From assembly GCA_030704615.1 (NCBI GenBank), contig CM060734.1, positions 61,504,001 to 61,568,000 on the forward strand: DNA of 64,000 bases. The letters are read 5' to 3'. Numbering within the stretch: position 1 is the stretch's first letter; each line of letters starts with the position of its first letter. The notes beneath the pieces are model-generated. The model saw nothing but the letters and a program-made list of their open reading frames with translations, searched no databases and was not told the DNA's origin. The position numbers and the translations under genes were made by a program. The DNA comes from Takakia lepidozioides. Lineage: Eukaryota; Plantae; Bryophyta. Shown here in pieces: positions 63,651 to 64,000 of the stretch.

Positions 63651-64000
63651 GGTTTGCCCTGTGCGAATCGGAATCCGAACCAGGTGGGGTGTTCAATTTC
63701 CTCTTACAGGAGCCGAATCTCTCCTCCCCTTCAAGATGTAGAATTCTAGAAACAAGTGGCGTTCCCTGGGCATACAACAAAAAAAAAAAACAAAACAGAA
63801 ATGATGATCGGCGGCACCGACCATCGCGTCCACCCAAATGTCAAATGTCAAAAGTCACCTTAAATTTATATATATATATATAATAAAAAATCGGAAAGTG
63901 ATGATCGGTGGCACCGACAGAAGTGATTGTCAGCACCGACCATCACATCCACCCAAATGTCGAATGTCAAAAGCGGAAAAAAATTAAAATTAAATTTAAA

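Overview
Eukaryotic, intron-containing land-plant DNA. A moss or other bryophyte is the most likely source, but that is inferred from gene and TE style and is not proven. Three host genes are present: the last three exons of a Raf-like/ILK-type kinase ending in a CaaX motif (1-1040,+), an AP-5 complex beta subunit gene (20301-26154,+) followed by an inverted copy of its own 5' end, and a nine-exon CYP85-clan cytochrome P450 (34152-29803,-). The rest is mostly nested transposons: a piggyBac remnant, four hAT-type MITEs with 8-bp TSDs, and a complete 14.1-kb Mutator-like element (9-bp TSD GTGTGCCTT). The MULE carries a SWIM transposase, a Ulp1 protease gene and a zinc-finger ORF, and is saturated with an AGTC(C/T)G motif. 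The most striking part is 39.5-64 kb. (i) A Gypsy LTR retrotransposon carries a DNMT3-like C5-cytosine methyltransferase between protease and RT, a PHD finger on its integrase, a self-priming PBS, and an unusual split or permuted LTR arrangement (B-internal-A-B-A). (ii) Inserted into a second copy of that family is a spliced, decayed gene fusing a ParB/Srx-like domain to a beta-class N4-C/N6-A DNA methyltransferase, with eight regularly spaced 20-bp palindromes in one intron. The TE-borne genes mostly carry stops, frameshifts or deletions, so these are relics of the systems, not evidence of current activity. All homology calls come from motif recognition without database searches.
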